A stretch of 64,000 nucleotides of DNA from Catajapyx aquilonaris (taxonomy: Eukaryota), in the NCBI GenBank assembly GCA_000934665.2, contig KZ538032.1, positions 62,001 through 126,000 of the forward strand, given 5' to 3'. A model generated the notes under the pieces. That model had not been told where the DNA came from. It did not search any database and saw nothing but the letters and a program-made list of their open reading frames with translations. Position numbers and translations under genes: made by a program. Below are positions 13,052-26,524 of the stretch, one piece after another (within the stretch, counting starts at the first letter, position 1; each line of letters begins with the position of its first letter).

Positions 13052-16000
13052 AGGTGGAGTACAGGGTGGAGGGGAAGAGGGGTGGGAGGATAGGTGAGTC
13101 CGGGGAGTGGGGGTGCGGTGAGCACCTTTCATCGTGTTGCACTCTGTGCATCGTAAACCACCTCGCACGGGAATTACATCTGCATTTTTTATCGCTGCCA
13201 GTTTAGTGAAATTATCTGGAAGGTGCTGGGGAGGCATAGATTCGGATCCAATCGAGTACAGTATGATGATACAGTATCGGAAATGGACTAATGATATGCT
13301 GTGTTTACAGCTTCATGTACAGTATGAAGAAAAGGCAAGGCGCGCCTTATTGAAATATTAATAAGTGGCCTGTTTGCACATGTGCTTCTGAAATTGAGCC
13401 TAGAATTACATATGGAATGTATCAGCCTTGTTTTAACGGCTTTATCAGTGATATGACGTTTGCATGATAAGACAAGAATGTGGCCTTCACAAGTTAGCTA
13501 CAGTACATTTTTATATATTGTGCTTGAAATACAGTGATACCTGTCTATAAAGGACAACTGAATACAGATGTAACTTGTCCTGTGCGGAATTTTTGTTTGG
13601 TCGCGGCTGAGGATGGTCAATGGTCGCATATAACGGAAACTAATCTTCTTCGGTACGGAAACTTTTCGGCTCCAAAATGTACATGTTACAATAAAGTAGG
13701 TCTAAGGAGTCGTTCCTAAAGTACGGCACACATGTAGGGAAGTTGATGCCACCGTGTCTGATCGTAATGTGGACGTGACCCTCTTTGATTATGCATCCGA
13801 CAATGAGACTTTTGTGGAGGAATCTCCAAAGCTGGAAGGGGCTAGTGGGACTGTTCTGCAGCCTAAATATATTAGCGCGGGAGGTTGAGCCTGTGTGACT
13901 CTGCTTGACGTGGGAGACGTGGAGGGGCAACAGTCCAAAAATATCATATAAGAATGATATACAGTCACGAGCATAATGATGGAAACAGACTTAGGAAGGT
14001 GATAACACAAGTTCAGTAAAAAAAACTGGTGATGTACTGCACGTATTTAGCTAAACGAGAATATAAGCATAATAAGCCATAAACCTGACGTGAGGTTCGC
14101 TAAACGTCGAATCATTTCGATAATGAATATACCTATGTATAAAGCTTGGACGTTATAATTGCCATACTTTTAAAAAGAAATTCATCGCTAAAGATTTTGT
14201 TCCTGGCAAGTATAAACCTTCTTCCCATCAACATTACTTTGCAAAGCTGCATCACGGTATTAAATCTGCACTTATTTTTAGTCCATTATTTTAGAGAACA
14301 CTTTATTGAATAAATTCAGGACGTATTCTGCCCTATCTATTTGCATGGAAAAGGAGGGAAGCATCAGGTGAGGTGGCGGGGGTGTTGGATTCAACAAGTG
14401 ATGTGTGTTTTGAAATTGTCACTTGGGGGACCCAGAAGGCCCCTTTTTTCCTGCAATCCCATTGCACCACGGGGAATATTGCGCAACACCTGTCGTGAAC
14501 ACTATAATATTATTTACCCTCGACCTGACAAGTGTGTATGAGAGAGGGGTGGGGGAGTGGAGGGCAGAGGGGGATCTGCAAAATAATACCTCTGAAGAAA
14601 ATCACGCAGGAATAAGGCTCGGTTGAGATCGACGTTGTTATAAGACATTGGGTTGATAGCACCATTGTGAGCGCCAGAATCAAAACAATACCACCATATA
14701 GGTGCTGATTTTTGTGTGTGTATTTGCAACGAGTACCGCATATAATACACACTTTATATGCCGAAGTCACTGTTGGAAAGTGGAATTTTCACACTCGTCC
14801 ATTTCATCTTAATGGTACCGTACACAATGCACGTAATGCAGAGCGCAGAGAATTTTCGCCTGCGGCTGCAGTCATAGGCTGTTGCTATACTTTTGAAGGA
14901 AAGTCAACGTCAGGTTACATTTTTCATTATACTGACTTTTCAACTCTGACAAAATCGGACAGTCTCCATACTCTTCAAAGAGTTTTAATCAGGCTAAAGC
15001 TCTCAAACCGCCATGTAATTCCTCCCGAGTCCCAAAATTGGTGTATACGCACCAAGGGCTTTACCTGGCTACAAATTTGTTTCCTAGCAACAAATGAAAA
15101 AAAGCACATTTTTATAAAAATTTTCAGTAGCTATACTGGTGTCTGACTTTTCTTGGTACCACACTCCTCTCCGCACTGGCAAATTAATCTCGCATTGCAT
15201 GCTTTCACTTTGATAAGTCCAGCTGCTTCATCATTTCAGCGAAACTGTAAAGTGACTATTGCACCTGTGAAACTTTTCTTTGAGTCTGGCTGCCCTGCTG
15301 CGCTGAAAATGGTCACTTTGAACCGATCATACCGTTACCTTTGCAAGTTCTGACGGCACCTGCAGGTGGCCTCGAGGATTACCGTACAGTTCATTAGAGG
15401 GTTATAGTGTATTGCTATACTGTATAAAAGATCTGTAGTATATGCCGAAGCGACGTATATACGTTGATAGCTAAGGCAATTATTTTGAGCCTGAAAAGAT
15501 ACTGACAAAATCAATACGCTAAACCTTTTTAGTGGGAACAAATATCTTTCCCTGATTGTTGTCATGGCATGGCGCACCCGTAAGTGACGTCATTGAGATC
15601 TTATGCTAATGACGTCCTTTTTGGCCTTATTTTTGTAAATGAAAAAGCGAAATTCTCGGAAAACATGTAAATACATGGGGAAAAATAAACTCACGACTAT
15701 AAAGCGGCTTGCTTTGAAAGAACGGTCCAGGAATACGCTACATGAAAGCGCGCTTTAAAATGTGGGAATTTCAATGATATCTACGTATAATAAGACTGAA
15801 AGGCAGCTGTACATTGCTGATAATAATATTGCCTTCGGTGCTGTGTGCTTACACAGCCTACAATTCAAATCGGAATTTTTATATATATAAAAGGTATAAA
15901 GCGAGATTAATTATCTCTTAATCGGGAGGTTGCTTGACATGAAACGAGCCCTATCTTACTCGGCGGTAAGTCCTTTCAGGGAAACCTTTTGAACATGAGC

Positions 16001-18511
16001 CAAGAGGGATTTTTTAGCCCCGAGGAGAAGGAAAAATAGAGCGAAGTTGGCAGGCGAACTTCCACTGAGTTTTGATTCACAGAGGTCAACAAACGTGCCT
16101 TCGTGCAGTGGAGTTATGGCCCCTTGAAACAAATATAGCTGACTTCAGAAAGGGATAAATCAGGCATCTTGACATACGCTTTCCAGTATTTCAAAAGCAT
16201 ATTTTTTGTAGCACCTGGTTTTCCCTATCGTCACCCATTGATTGCTGACTCTTTGGGTTTGCACATGGCTGTTGAACGTTTCGTGCTCGACGGAAGCAAA
16301 CAATAAGCCGGACTTATTGATGTGTATTTTATGCAAGGTTTGTGCCGAACCTGACACTGGTGGGATGATCCCCATTCAACCCAAGGGAAAATCAGGAATG
16401 GTGGCCTGCGAGGCAGTGGAGGGTGTTACAAGTGCTTTTGCCCTTGCCTTGGAATCAAGTGTCACTAATTTAAATTTGCAACCTAAGCAGATTTTAAATT
16501 TTCAACATACTGAAAACCACTGTATACCACTGCTGCTATCAGTTACAACCTACAATATTATTGTACCTGAACATAATGCCGCAATTTTTTGTTAGCTGTC
16601 GTCTGAGCTGGACAAATATCTCCGCAGGATCATCAATACATCAAGTCTTGAGAAACTGTGTGGAAATCATTCTACATTTCACAGACGGCAACCGAATAAT
16701 GCCAGCGAGATTCTGGGACAAAAGGCTAGCCTACTCCACAAACTAAGGACAGAATATCATTTTAACAACCTGAACACATCAGTGTGACGTATATGCCAAG
16801 GGACTAGAGTTCTTTCTTTCTATGCAATATCCACAAATTTATATTGAGACATTGCTATACTACTGCACTGCATGGGTACAGTCTCGCCTCATATTCCAAG
16901 GAGATGGTGTACCGGTGCTGCGCGGCAGATGACATTGCCTATATACAAACCAGGCTTTTTCAGATGAAAGTGAGCCAGGCTGTACTCAAACATCGTCATA
17001 AATAAGTCCGGGAGCAAATGCAGACTGGAATAAAAACTGGCTTTGTCACACTTTTGGCCCATTTGTGGGTAGCATGTACAAGCCAATACGCATCTATTTG
17101 GTATCAAAATCATCGACCTCCTGCCATTTTGACGATTCTGCAAATATTCGTACTTAAAAGTGTGTTAAGGACAGTATGTAGCATAGGTTTTATTGTAATC
17201 AAAAACTCATATCTGAAAAGTGCAAACAGGACACCTCTCTATATGGCCTGACAATTCAGATTCGTCACTAATGTTCATGTCCATTTGCCTGTCTCCGTAT
17301 TTACCATTGGGAGATGTTTTGATGTCAGTCACCGATCTTCAACCAATGTTTTCTTCAGGGAAAGCAGAAAAGAGTGTAATATAAACTCATTGCGAAACTA
17401 CAGTGAGAAAGGGCTCCAACTGTGCAATGCGTCATTTTTGCGACATTCCATTGATGACGCGTTACAGGTTAAAATGATAGACAGTTTTGTTTCGTTTTTT
17501 TTTTCAAAACGTCCCTCAAGTAGCCTACAAGTTTTTGTTCCAAAGTCTCCACAGGTTGGGTATAGGCATCATAAATCTGGATAATAAAATAATTGTTTAA
17601 AATGTTGTACTTCACGCAGGGGGAGAGAGGTTTCGTGTTAGCAGTACCGGTAACTGCTTTTGAATCCAAATCAATCTGTTACTAGCTTGAAGCTGCTCTT
17701 CTATGTTTTTAGAAGCGAAGCGACTCCATCACCTACATTCGCAATACTCTGTCTCTATCCCTAGAGGAAAGAACTTCCCTAAGTTGTATCCTGAGTGACA
17801 GCAGGAACTTATACAACTCCTCTATAGTTCAGTACGGTCACGACAATTCTATCCACATCGTATGGTTCCCTTATGGCCCCTAAGGACTGCTCTCATTATT
17901 TGAGAAACCCCCCCTGGAACATTGTGAATGAAGGACGATGTGCAAGTTTTTATAGATGCCCTGCAGCTCTTAGGAGGTTGATGTGTAAGGATAACGGTTC
18001 AGTGACACCTTTGAAGTTACAGGTGGGAGTTTTCGCTACAGAGAATTTACACCACGTATCCGGCCAGATATAGCGAATTTATTTCCGACCTCATTTTTGA
18101 AGAAAAAAAAACTACCTCTAGGATGTATTCACATGCCCATCAGAGGTCTTCCGCATTAAAGTGTAATACATTAATATGCTACACGTTCCGAATAAATTTG
18201 GACTTTTTAAGTTGCTAAAGAACAATTATGGGAATATTCGATTCGAAATGAATAATCCCATCCAACTCAGCTGTTAATGAGCCACATTTAAAAAAATATT
18301 ATCCCCATGATATCACGCATTGTCCAGGCCATTCACTTTCCATTTGCCCTGTTACTCATATTAACTACCCGTTCATATCATAGACCCAATCATGAACCAT
18401 CTTTCATTATAAATGAAACACCACACTGTCTTGCTAGCATAGCATGCTTTGGTTTTTCGGTGAATAATCTGAGCATAATTTAGTGAGTAATGGAGTAATG
18501 AAACTCAAACT

Positions 18512-18790
18512 TGACCGAAGCAGTGGTGGCGGAGGGAATATGGTATCCCACTGCTAATCGGGAGGTCCTGGGTTCGATCCCCGGGGCCGGCAACCCTAAC
18601 CGTGGTTTTCTGTGGTTTCCCACGGTCCCTCCAGGTAAATGCCGGGGTTGTTTCCTAAAATAATAGGCCACAGCCGCTTCCTTCCGTCCCTATCCTATCC
18701 CCAAAAGCGAAGTAAAAATGCAAAGAAAGAGTTCCAGTCAAAACAAAAAAACTCCCCCCTAAAGAGCCGCCGGCTGATAACGGGGTATGA

Positions 18791-18875
<85 letters not shown>

Positions 18876-18878
18876 TAA
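18512..18878 (+). mobile_element. tRNA-derived SINE, family 1, full length
   Basis: A-box-like TGGCGGAGGG, CTGCTAA loop, B box GGTTCGATCC, body GTGGTTTTCTGTGGTTTCC...GGCCACAGCCGCTTCC and (ATT)n tail. 15-bp TSD AATGAAACTCAAACT at 18497-18511 and 18879-18893. Confidence 0.92.
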
Positions 18879-21800
18879 AATGAAACTCAAACTCGTGTAC
18901 AGTAGGCCTACACCTGTGAGTTCACACTCCAGCTCCAGCCGAAGTTTACGGCGTCAGTGGAATTAATCCATAATGTTGTGATGAAACCCTCATCACCTTT
19001 GCATCATGGCGAGGGAGAACGTGCTGTAATAAATCCAATAGTGTCCGTATTTACTACTTTAGTAAATTTTACAGTGAACGTTTAAACGTGCACTGTAAAA
19101 TTTAATCTCATTTTTTCCATATAGAGAGGGTTACAATTTGAATGATCATTTTAATTATTTTTGGCACTAAGCTTTTAATCAGTTTTTAATCAGTTACCTT
19201 TGACTAGTATAGTTATCGAAAGTGTTGGCTGCTACTAAAATTATAGGTCGCTTGGACAAATTAATTATTTTAAACACCTGCAAAGGGGTCTGGCCTCCAA
19301 AAAAGAAAACACAAGACATTCGAAGTCAACTGTTCCAATGGGCAATTCCCAATCGAAAATTCATTGCAATTCAGAACTATAGGGTATATGATCCAATTCG
19401 GCCTAATATTAGCAGCTAATTTTTGATTAGGGCCTACCACTAAAAGTAACTACCCCTGAGTTTCTCTTTTCAAGATAATTTTCAGCTCATAGTTTTAAAA
19501 ATGGTTAAGGTGGACATTTCAACTGGACGCACCTTGTATGAAAAGTATTATACGTTTCTGAACTAAATACTCGAATCTGCCTGTCTCTCGTACAACCTCC
19601 CACGATGCTGTTTTATACAGAAGGGAGACTTTTTGACATCGGTGTTCCACCGACGCCTGGTTAATTCATCGGATTAATTAATTAGTCATGCTTATTATAT
19701 GACACGACACGGTCCGAGTGAGTTAACACAATTTTAGCTGCAACAAGGTCACCTACCGGTGATGCACAGCTGCTTGGTGCCAGAAAAAGGCTTGGCAAAA
19801 TCATTCATAAATTATTTTCCCGCATCCCATTTGCACTTACAGTAGTTAGTTACATTTCCAATCTCTGTTTTGCTGCCTACAGTACCTATCATTGCATAGT
19901 GCCGCGTGTCTGTTTGTCTTCCCACGAAAGCAGTCGGCATTTGATACGAAGCACAACCAGGTCTGAGAAAAAACAGCATATGAACTGTCATATATCGTGA
20001 ATGCGGTATTGTGAAAATGGACATCTTAAAACATGAACTGTTTAACATTATCGTGAAGTTGAATATTACGCCGTTCGAGAGTGAAATGATGCAAATGAGA
20101 AGCTGGGAATATGGGAGGGCAAGAAAAAAAATCCTACCGAGTTTAGCATGTTCCGTGCGCATAAATTATTTTGCATATCCGGTTAGTGGATTACATAGAA
20201 TACTGTTCACTTTATAGTTGTATTACACGAAATGTTCGCTATAGCTTTTATGTTTTGACTTCTATTCAATCAATTATTTACTTACGCAGCCTCCAATCAG
20301 CCATGGCAGCGCAGCGATCTAACCGGTAGGATATTATCTAATACAATATGGATTTTGTCCCACGTCGTAATGACGCCACCATATTTAAATTACGTAAAAT
20401 GTTTTGGCTTCTGAGTGAGTCGGATATGCCTAATGCCCTAATGGCCATGCCTATCCATAATAAATATCTGGGAATTACTGGCCATTTTATACCGTTCAAA
20501 ATTGTACCTTAAAAATCATTGGTCAGCAGCAAGTTTAATAAGAAGATTCAGACTCCTACTTATTACCAATTTGCTACAAAGAATGGATTACGTAAACAGT
20601 AGTATAGGCCTACTCGACTAGCGATCCTATCAGAGCCATCTATGGTTCATAGAGAAAACTTCCAGAAGTTGCTCGGACACAGCCAAATTACTTTCCTACT
20701 GGGTGAACGGACTCGGACAACTTCCAAGTTACTAGCGGTTTTTTTTTGTGTACAGTACATTTGACTCTACCTATGTCGTATTTGTGCCAACATTTAATTT
20801 GATTACATCTGTTATAATTTTTGCTAATACCTACATTAGTTAAAGCTCTTTACATACCAGTATATTTATATTCACGTTGTAATGAAAATATATCTCCAAA
20901 TGAAGTTTGGCAATTTCAAACTAACACATCGAGTCCTATTGACTGCTCTAGAGATGATGAATTGGCTGCATGGAACTACTTGTATATTGCAAACTAGTTC
21001 AAAATTCAGTCGTTATCAATTCTATGATGATATTTCATTATGACAGTCCTACCTCTGAGACTTTGGAATTTGCATCAGGACCTAATCAAAAGCTATTAAA
21101 TTATTTTAGATCGGGTTAATTTTGTTGCGCACTCACCCACCAAATTGCTAAATATTTACAAGGGAGAAATTACATTTCCCTCTGCCCCTTTCCACCCATA
21201 ATATTGGGTGCTATTTTGGTGCCATATCTCGCACATATAGGACAAGGCAAACCGAGGGAAAATGGGGAGAAAAATCATGGGACGCGTCATATAGCGACAT
21301 ATGATTGTTTCTATGAACTTTTCAAATCAATGAAGTTTCCCTAACTGGAACTAAGGTTATACTAATTGATACTACTACTTCAAGACGCAATTTTGCAGGT
21401 AAGTTTCCAGAGAACCTAACCACTGCGGACATTTCAATTGAAACATGTACTCGTATGTGGCACATGATGACGTCGTGTGATGTCTTACGGTTAGAATATG
21501 TTATAGACCTGCTCTTTGTTTTAAATTGCAATAAAAATGTCAAAGGCATCCTACAATGTTATATCGGTGAACTTTGAAGCTTTAAAGAGATGGCAAAAAA
21601 GCACTTTTGTTTCAACGCACCATCATTTATACAGCGTAAATTATTCTGCCCCCTACTCTTCACAGCACAATATCTCGCAGATAGGAATGAACATGCCTAT
21701 AATCCTGATTTTTCATGACACCAATGCAATTTATGCTTGTTCGTCTCGAAATATAAAATTTTCCCATCGCAGAGCACTTTAAATGCTATAATTTCAGTGT

Positions 21801-23594
21801 CAGGTTCACGGGCCAAAGGTGAAAATGAAAAGCGCTGGGAGCGAGGCAACAGGGCACGCTAAATTTTCCCAGCAAACAATTTAACCCCTGGTGGGTTCCA
21901 CACCCACGTACGTTATTACCAAGTATAAGGCTTATACATTTTTAAATGGATTGTAAATTGAAACTACCTATGCCTTCTAGCTCACCTTCTATCCCAGCCT
22001 TTCACCTCCGCACATAGTAACCCTTAGGAATCGATAAAGATGTCGGCAAGCTTGTCCATCACATTTACTTTATTAATTAACTCGTAATGTCCAGTCAGCT
22101 GTGGGATTTCATATTAAGCTCTCTCGATACTGGAGAAGGCCGATTATCAGTCCACTAATCATACACCAAGGCCTCTGGCCTACAACCCCAGGCCTAATTA
22201 GAAGGAGAGGATGTGCAGTAATTAGCGTCAAAGTCAACATGTCTTCTTAACTACCGTTAATGTAGGCTTACGCGACACGATGAGTTTTAGAAGAGGGAAC
22301 TCACTGAACACACTAATAATAAATTAATCCCTCAAGAATATGAATAACAATATATTTAAAATCATGCTAGGATTATTATTATTATTATTTCAGACAGAAA
22401 ATACATATCATGCCACTCTGAGACTATAATATTTTTAAATAGTTCTGATTTCATTTGTGTACTCGATGCGATTTTATTGACATTCTGATGGCACATTTCA
22501 ATACCTGCAGTCACCTAATATCCACCATGGAATAATTACTAGATGAGAAAATTATTCCTCCCTTCAATACGCCCGTGTTCGCTCATAATCCGATTCCAGT
22601 ATGTGCACGCCGTGATGTGCACTAAAGACATGTCTACCCAGAAGATATGCTGTGTCATTTGGAAAAGACTATTGGTTAAAATCTACGGCTCGGCGGCGTC
22701 ATTTGAGCTGGGAGAAAGAGACCTTCAGAACAACAGCAACGTAGAATTTATTTATCCGTCAGTATTACAAATGGAGCATTCTTGCTGTGCTGTGTATTTA
22801 ACGTTATAATATGCCTATGTAGCCAACTACCCCTACATAGAAACAGAGTAAAATGTCCATTAGATTTGTAGTAGCCTCGTTACTCTATTAATGTTTTATT
22901 CGTTATAACGTTTTTATTAACCTCGTTAACTTTGCATAGTACCGGTATGTAGTGTAAAGATAAACGTTTATTCTACACATTTATTTCATTCTTTCAAATA
23001 TGAGCAATCAAACAATCGGAACATCCTTCATGCATTCCACTGACAAGTGAGTACTTAGTCACATGCTAATGATATACAGAGTACTGTATTACCTCCGCCC
23101 CAAAATATTAAACCAATTACCCCTGTCATTTTCTCAAATGAAATTCATCATCATTATCCACTGGGCCCTGTGAGTAGTTACAGTTCAAGCCTACATTTCT
23201 GGTGTCCACTTTAGTCTAAACTGTTGCATGCGGCCTGGAACAATATACTGCGTATTACGGGGGCATTCTGATCACACCCTGTAGGCCTACACCCAAGTGG
23301 TAATTACATGGAGTGGCTAGTTCTCGTTGATTAGCAGGTTATAGCCTGTTTCCCCACTGTTTGAAGTTTTGTACTGCCCACTTTAGCAAGTTGGCCAAGA
23401 ACTCTCTCGTAATTTGCTTACTCATTCTCGGGCAATACACACCACCTGTAAACTATGAGGATCCAGTCTATACACCCCTGACTGGCAAAGTGTCTAATTC
23501 GTCACCTCCAACACTTAAGAGGCAACGAGTTGGTTTCCCAGACTCGTTAAAGTGACCCAAGAAAGATATTTGTTTGTTGCGGTGTCGTCCCTAC

Positions 23595-23705
23595 CGTAAA
23601 ACCAATACCAACGGTGGCTGAGAAGGTGCCAGTCTGGAAAGTTCCTGTGTCGAATTGGACCAAAAGAGATGTCTTCCCCACTCCGCTGTCACCCAGAAGT
23701 ATAGT
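23595..23705 (-). CDS. Rab26: Rab26/Rab37 alternative P-loop/switch I exon A2 ([37 protein letters not shown])
   Basis: 111-nt phase 0/0 exon with acceptor TATTTCAG| and donor |GTAGGG. Encodes G1 GDSGVGKT, the G2 Thr and a variant RabF1 motif VGIGF. Confidence 0.93.
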
Positions 23706-23974
23706 CTGAAATAAGATAGACGATGCGATGGTATATACATCAGTTGGCACTTGCCTCGGATACTAAATAACTCTTTGTTGTTATATATTTAAGAAAGTGT
23801 GTGAAACTTAAAATTTCATTAGTAGCCACTTGAGGCGTCGGAAGCAATAAAAGTTTGATAGGGAATGATGCTTCGTTTCCTGAAATTCCCATGAGGAAGA
23901 CTCAAGAGATACACGACCTATAATGGATTTCGACCAAAGTGACGCTGACATTCCATTTTGATGATTATTCTTTG

Positions 23975-24122
23975 CAAGGGGGTAATCACTCGACTGAAAA
24001 GTGTACACTGGAGTACCAAATTCAAGGAGTACCAAGGAGTAATAAAGAGTGAGGTACCTGAGGAGTACCAGGGAGTACCACTCGCAGGTGTACACCGGAG
24101 TACCGAAGTGGTAACCCCCTTG
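23975..24122. mobile_element. hAT-type MITE, same family
   Basis: Same TIR and body, perfect 8-bp TSD ATTCTTTG. Confidence 0.9.
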
Positions 24123-24361
24123 ATTCTTTGTATGTCCCCAAACCAGTGAGGAATGTGTGTCGCTACTAAAGTACAACTAAAGTTACTATTTCGTAATGAT
24201 TCCGACAAACCCGTAAGGTTGCATTCCTGGGTCCCAAGGATCATTTTATGTGGAGATATTTGGACTAGGGAACAGAGTTACTGTGATAGGCTTCGAATAG
24301 TTCAAACATTTCCTGATATGGTATGCCTCACTTTCCGATTCGGCCTTTTCACTAGGTAATA

Positions 24362-24571
24362 CAGGGTGTTTCAACTTTTTTGTCCGAACAGTTATCGGAA
24401 ATATTGCACTATAAGCTGCTATACTTTGTGAGCAGTGACTTGCAACTGGTTTGTCGGAGGAATGGGGAATATTCCCTGCGAATCTTAGGTTGAAGCGCAT
24501 ACACTGCTTACAAAGTAGCAGCTTAGTTCAATATTTCCGATAACTGTTCGGACAAAAAGTTGAAACACCTG
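24362..24571. mobile_element. Tc1/mariner-type MITE (CAGGGTG TIR)
   Basis: ~70-bp inverted arms and TA TSD; related copies at 34479 and 54388. Confidence 0.85.
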
Positions 24572-25473
24572 TATTCCTATAGGTATAATTACGGTACCTT
24601 ATTTCAAAGAAGTGGCATGACAAATCAGTGTCTTCGTCAGTATACTTTTATAGCTCTACGTTATCGTGTTTATCTAGAAGCCTTCACATTACTGATTAAT
24701 TAGTAGATCACCCCTAAGAGTGTTTCCCCCTGCTGATGATGACCCAAGTAGGCGAAAGATATAATTCTATTTTCCCAAACTACACATTCGATATGTGCCC
24801 TTCCAACATGAAACGAGCGATTAGACTATATAGTCAAAAATGGGCTCAGAATCCAAAACTCTTCGCAGCACCGAGGTAGGCTAATATAAATTCATAAATG
24901 TAACTATCTGGAGGGCAATTACAAATATGTCAAAAGCCACTAATTTGTTCCTGAATATTTCAATACAAGAGAAGTATACCTTAGTTGGAAATATGTTTAT
25001 TTTTGAGTTCAAGTTACCGGTATATGAATGTGCATGAATGTTGACGCACTGATATGTGCACAAGGAACATCTTGTGATATGAAAACTGGGCCTTTATCCC
25101 AGTCCAATACGGGGTCCATTTTTGTGATTGAATAATTGAAAGGTTTGGTGGAAAAACCTGATAAGTCCACTTTTGGGCGAAAATTAGTTATGGGTGGTTC
25201 TGCCACCTTGGGGCCATTCTGCAGCTTTTGGTACAAAAATTAATCCAGACCGTCCTGCCATGTAGCCCACTGAAGAAATATAGCCCTCCCAAGTGACCAG
25301 CGCAGCACACTGTCCAGAGCGCGCACCGGCTGCGTTTTCGCCCTCTCGCGGGTGAAATTCCAAAAGTCACCTCCTACACTTTTCGGAAACATGAAGCACA
25401 CATTTCACGCTTCATTTTCAGGTCCATTCAAAAAATCGTGTCACAGAGAGACGAAATCTTGGTTCCTTACATA

Positions 25474-25503
25474 CAGTACCCTGCATTAATGGCTATGCAC
25501 AGA

Positions 25504-25541
<38 letters not shown>

Positions 25542-25758
25542 AACAATAACAACAACAACAATAATGACAATAATAATTAATAATAATAAATAATAATAAT
25601 AACAACAATAATGACAATAATAATAAATAATAATAATGACAATAATAATAAATAATAATAATAGCAACAATAATGACAATAATAATAAATAATAATAATA
25701 ACAACAATAATGACAATAATAATAAATAATAACAATAGCAATCAAAATAGCAATAATT

Positions 25759-25794
<36 letters not shown>

Positions 25795-25812
25795 CAATAG
25801 CAATCAAAATAG

Positions 25813-25862
<50 letters not shown>

Positions 25863-26524
25863 TCATACCCCGTTATCAGCCTATCGGCTCTTTAGGGGGG
25901 AAGTTTACTTTTGCCTGGAACTTTTTGCTTTCATTTTACTTCGCTTTTTGGGATAGGATAGGGACGGGATGAAGCGGCTGTGGCCTATTAATTACGGAAA
26001 CAACTCCGGAATTTTTCTTTAAGGACCGTGGGAAACCACAGAAAACCACGGTCAGAGTTGCCGGCCCCGGGATTTGATCCCAGGACCTCCCGATTAGCAG
26101 TCGGACACCATATCTCCTACTCCAAACTGCTTCGGTGGCTATGCACAGATATCGCCACCTGTCCAAGAACTAGCGGAATTAGGAGTCGGTGGGCTGCGTC
26201 TAAAATACTGGACAGCTCAAGATATCGCGGTAGATTCAAATGCTTGTTACAAAGATGGATCACAGCGGATCACAGATAATTATATCTGTGGGATGAATAT
26301 TATAAGGCCATTGCGATTCCTATCAATGTATTGAGGTTGTGAACCAGTTATTACACGGACCACGCGAATGCCTGTTAATCCACCGCGATATCTTGAGCCG
26401 TCTATAGAGCGGTCTCGTGAGCAGTCTTAAGATCAAAGTATTTTGGACACAGCCACCGACGCCTAGTTCCGCTCAATCCCGCCAGGTGGCGATGTCTGTG
26501 GATAGCCATTAATGCAGGGTATTG
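25474..26524. mobile_element. Tc1/mariner-type MITE interrupted by a SINE
   Basis: After removing the SINE, the left TIR CAGTACCCTGCATTAATGGCTATGCACAGATATCGCCACCTG pairs with the right CAGGTGGCGATGTCTGTGGATAGCCATTAATGCAGGGTATTG. TA TSD. Confidence 0.88.
25504..26135 (-). mobile_element. tRNA-derived SINE, family 1, with ~360-bp expanded microsatellite tail
   Basis: Homologous to the 18512 copy. 14-bp TSD TGGCTATGCACAGA at 25490-25503 and 26136-26149 encloses the whole simple-repeat tract. Confidence 0.9.

Noticed and set aside
15585..15592. Palindromic CRE TGACGTCA (also 8334 and 48890)
   Set aside because: An 8-mer can occur by chance, one copy lies in coding sequence, and there is no other promoter evidence.
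18512..18592. tRNA-Ser(GCT)-like gene (also at 26060, 29045, 61010)
   Set aside because: Poor acceptor stem, and it continues into a shared body, tail and TSD, so these are SINE heads, not tRNA genes.
25467..25803. Poly-Ile/Tyr/His ORFs (also 12726, 18639, 50811, 58671)
   Set aside because: These are microsatellite translations.
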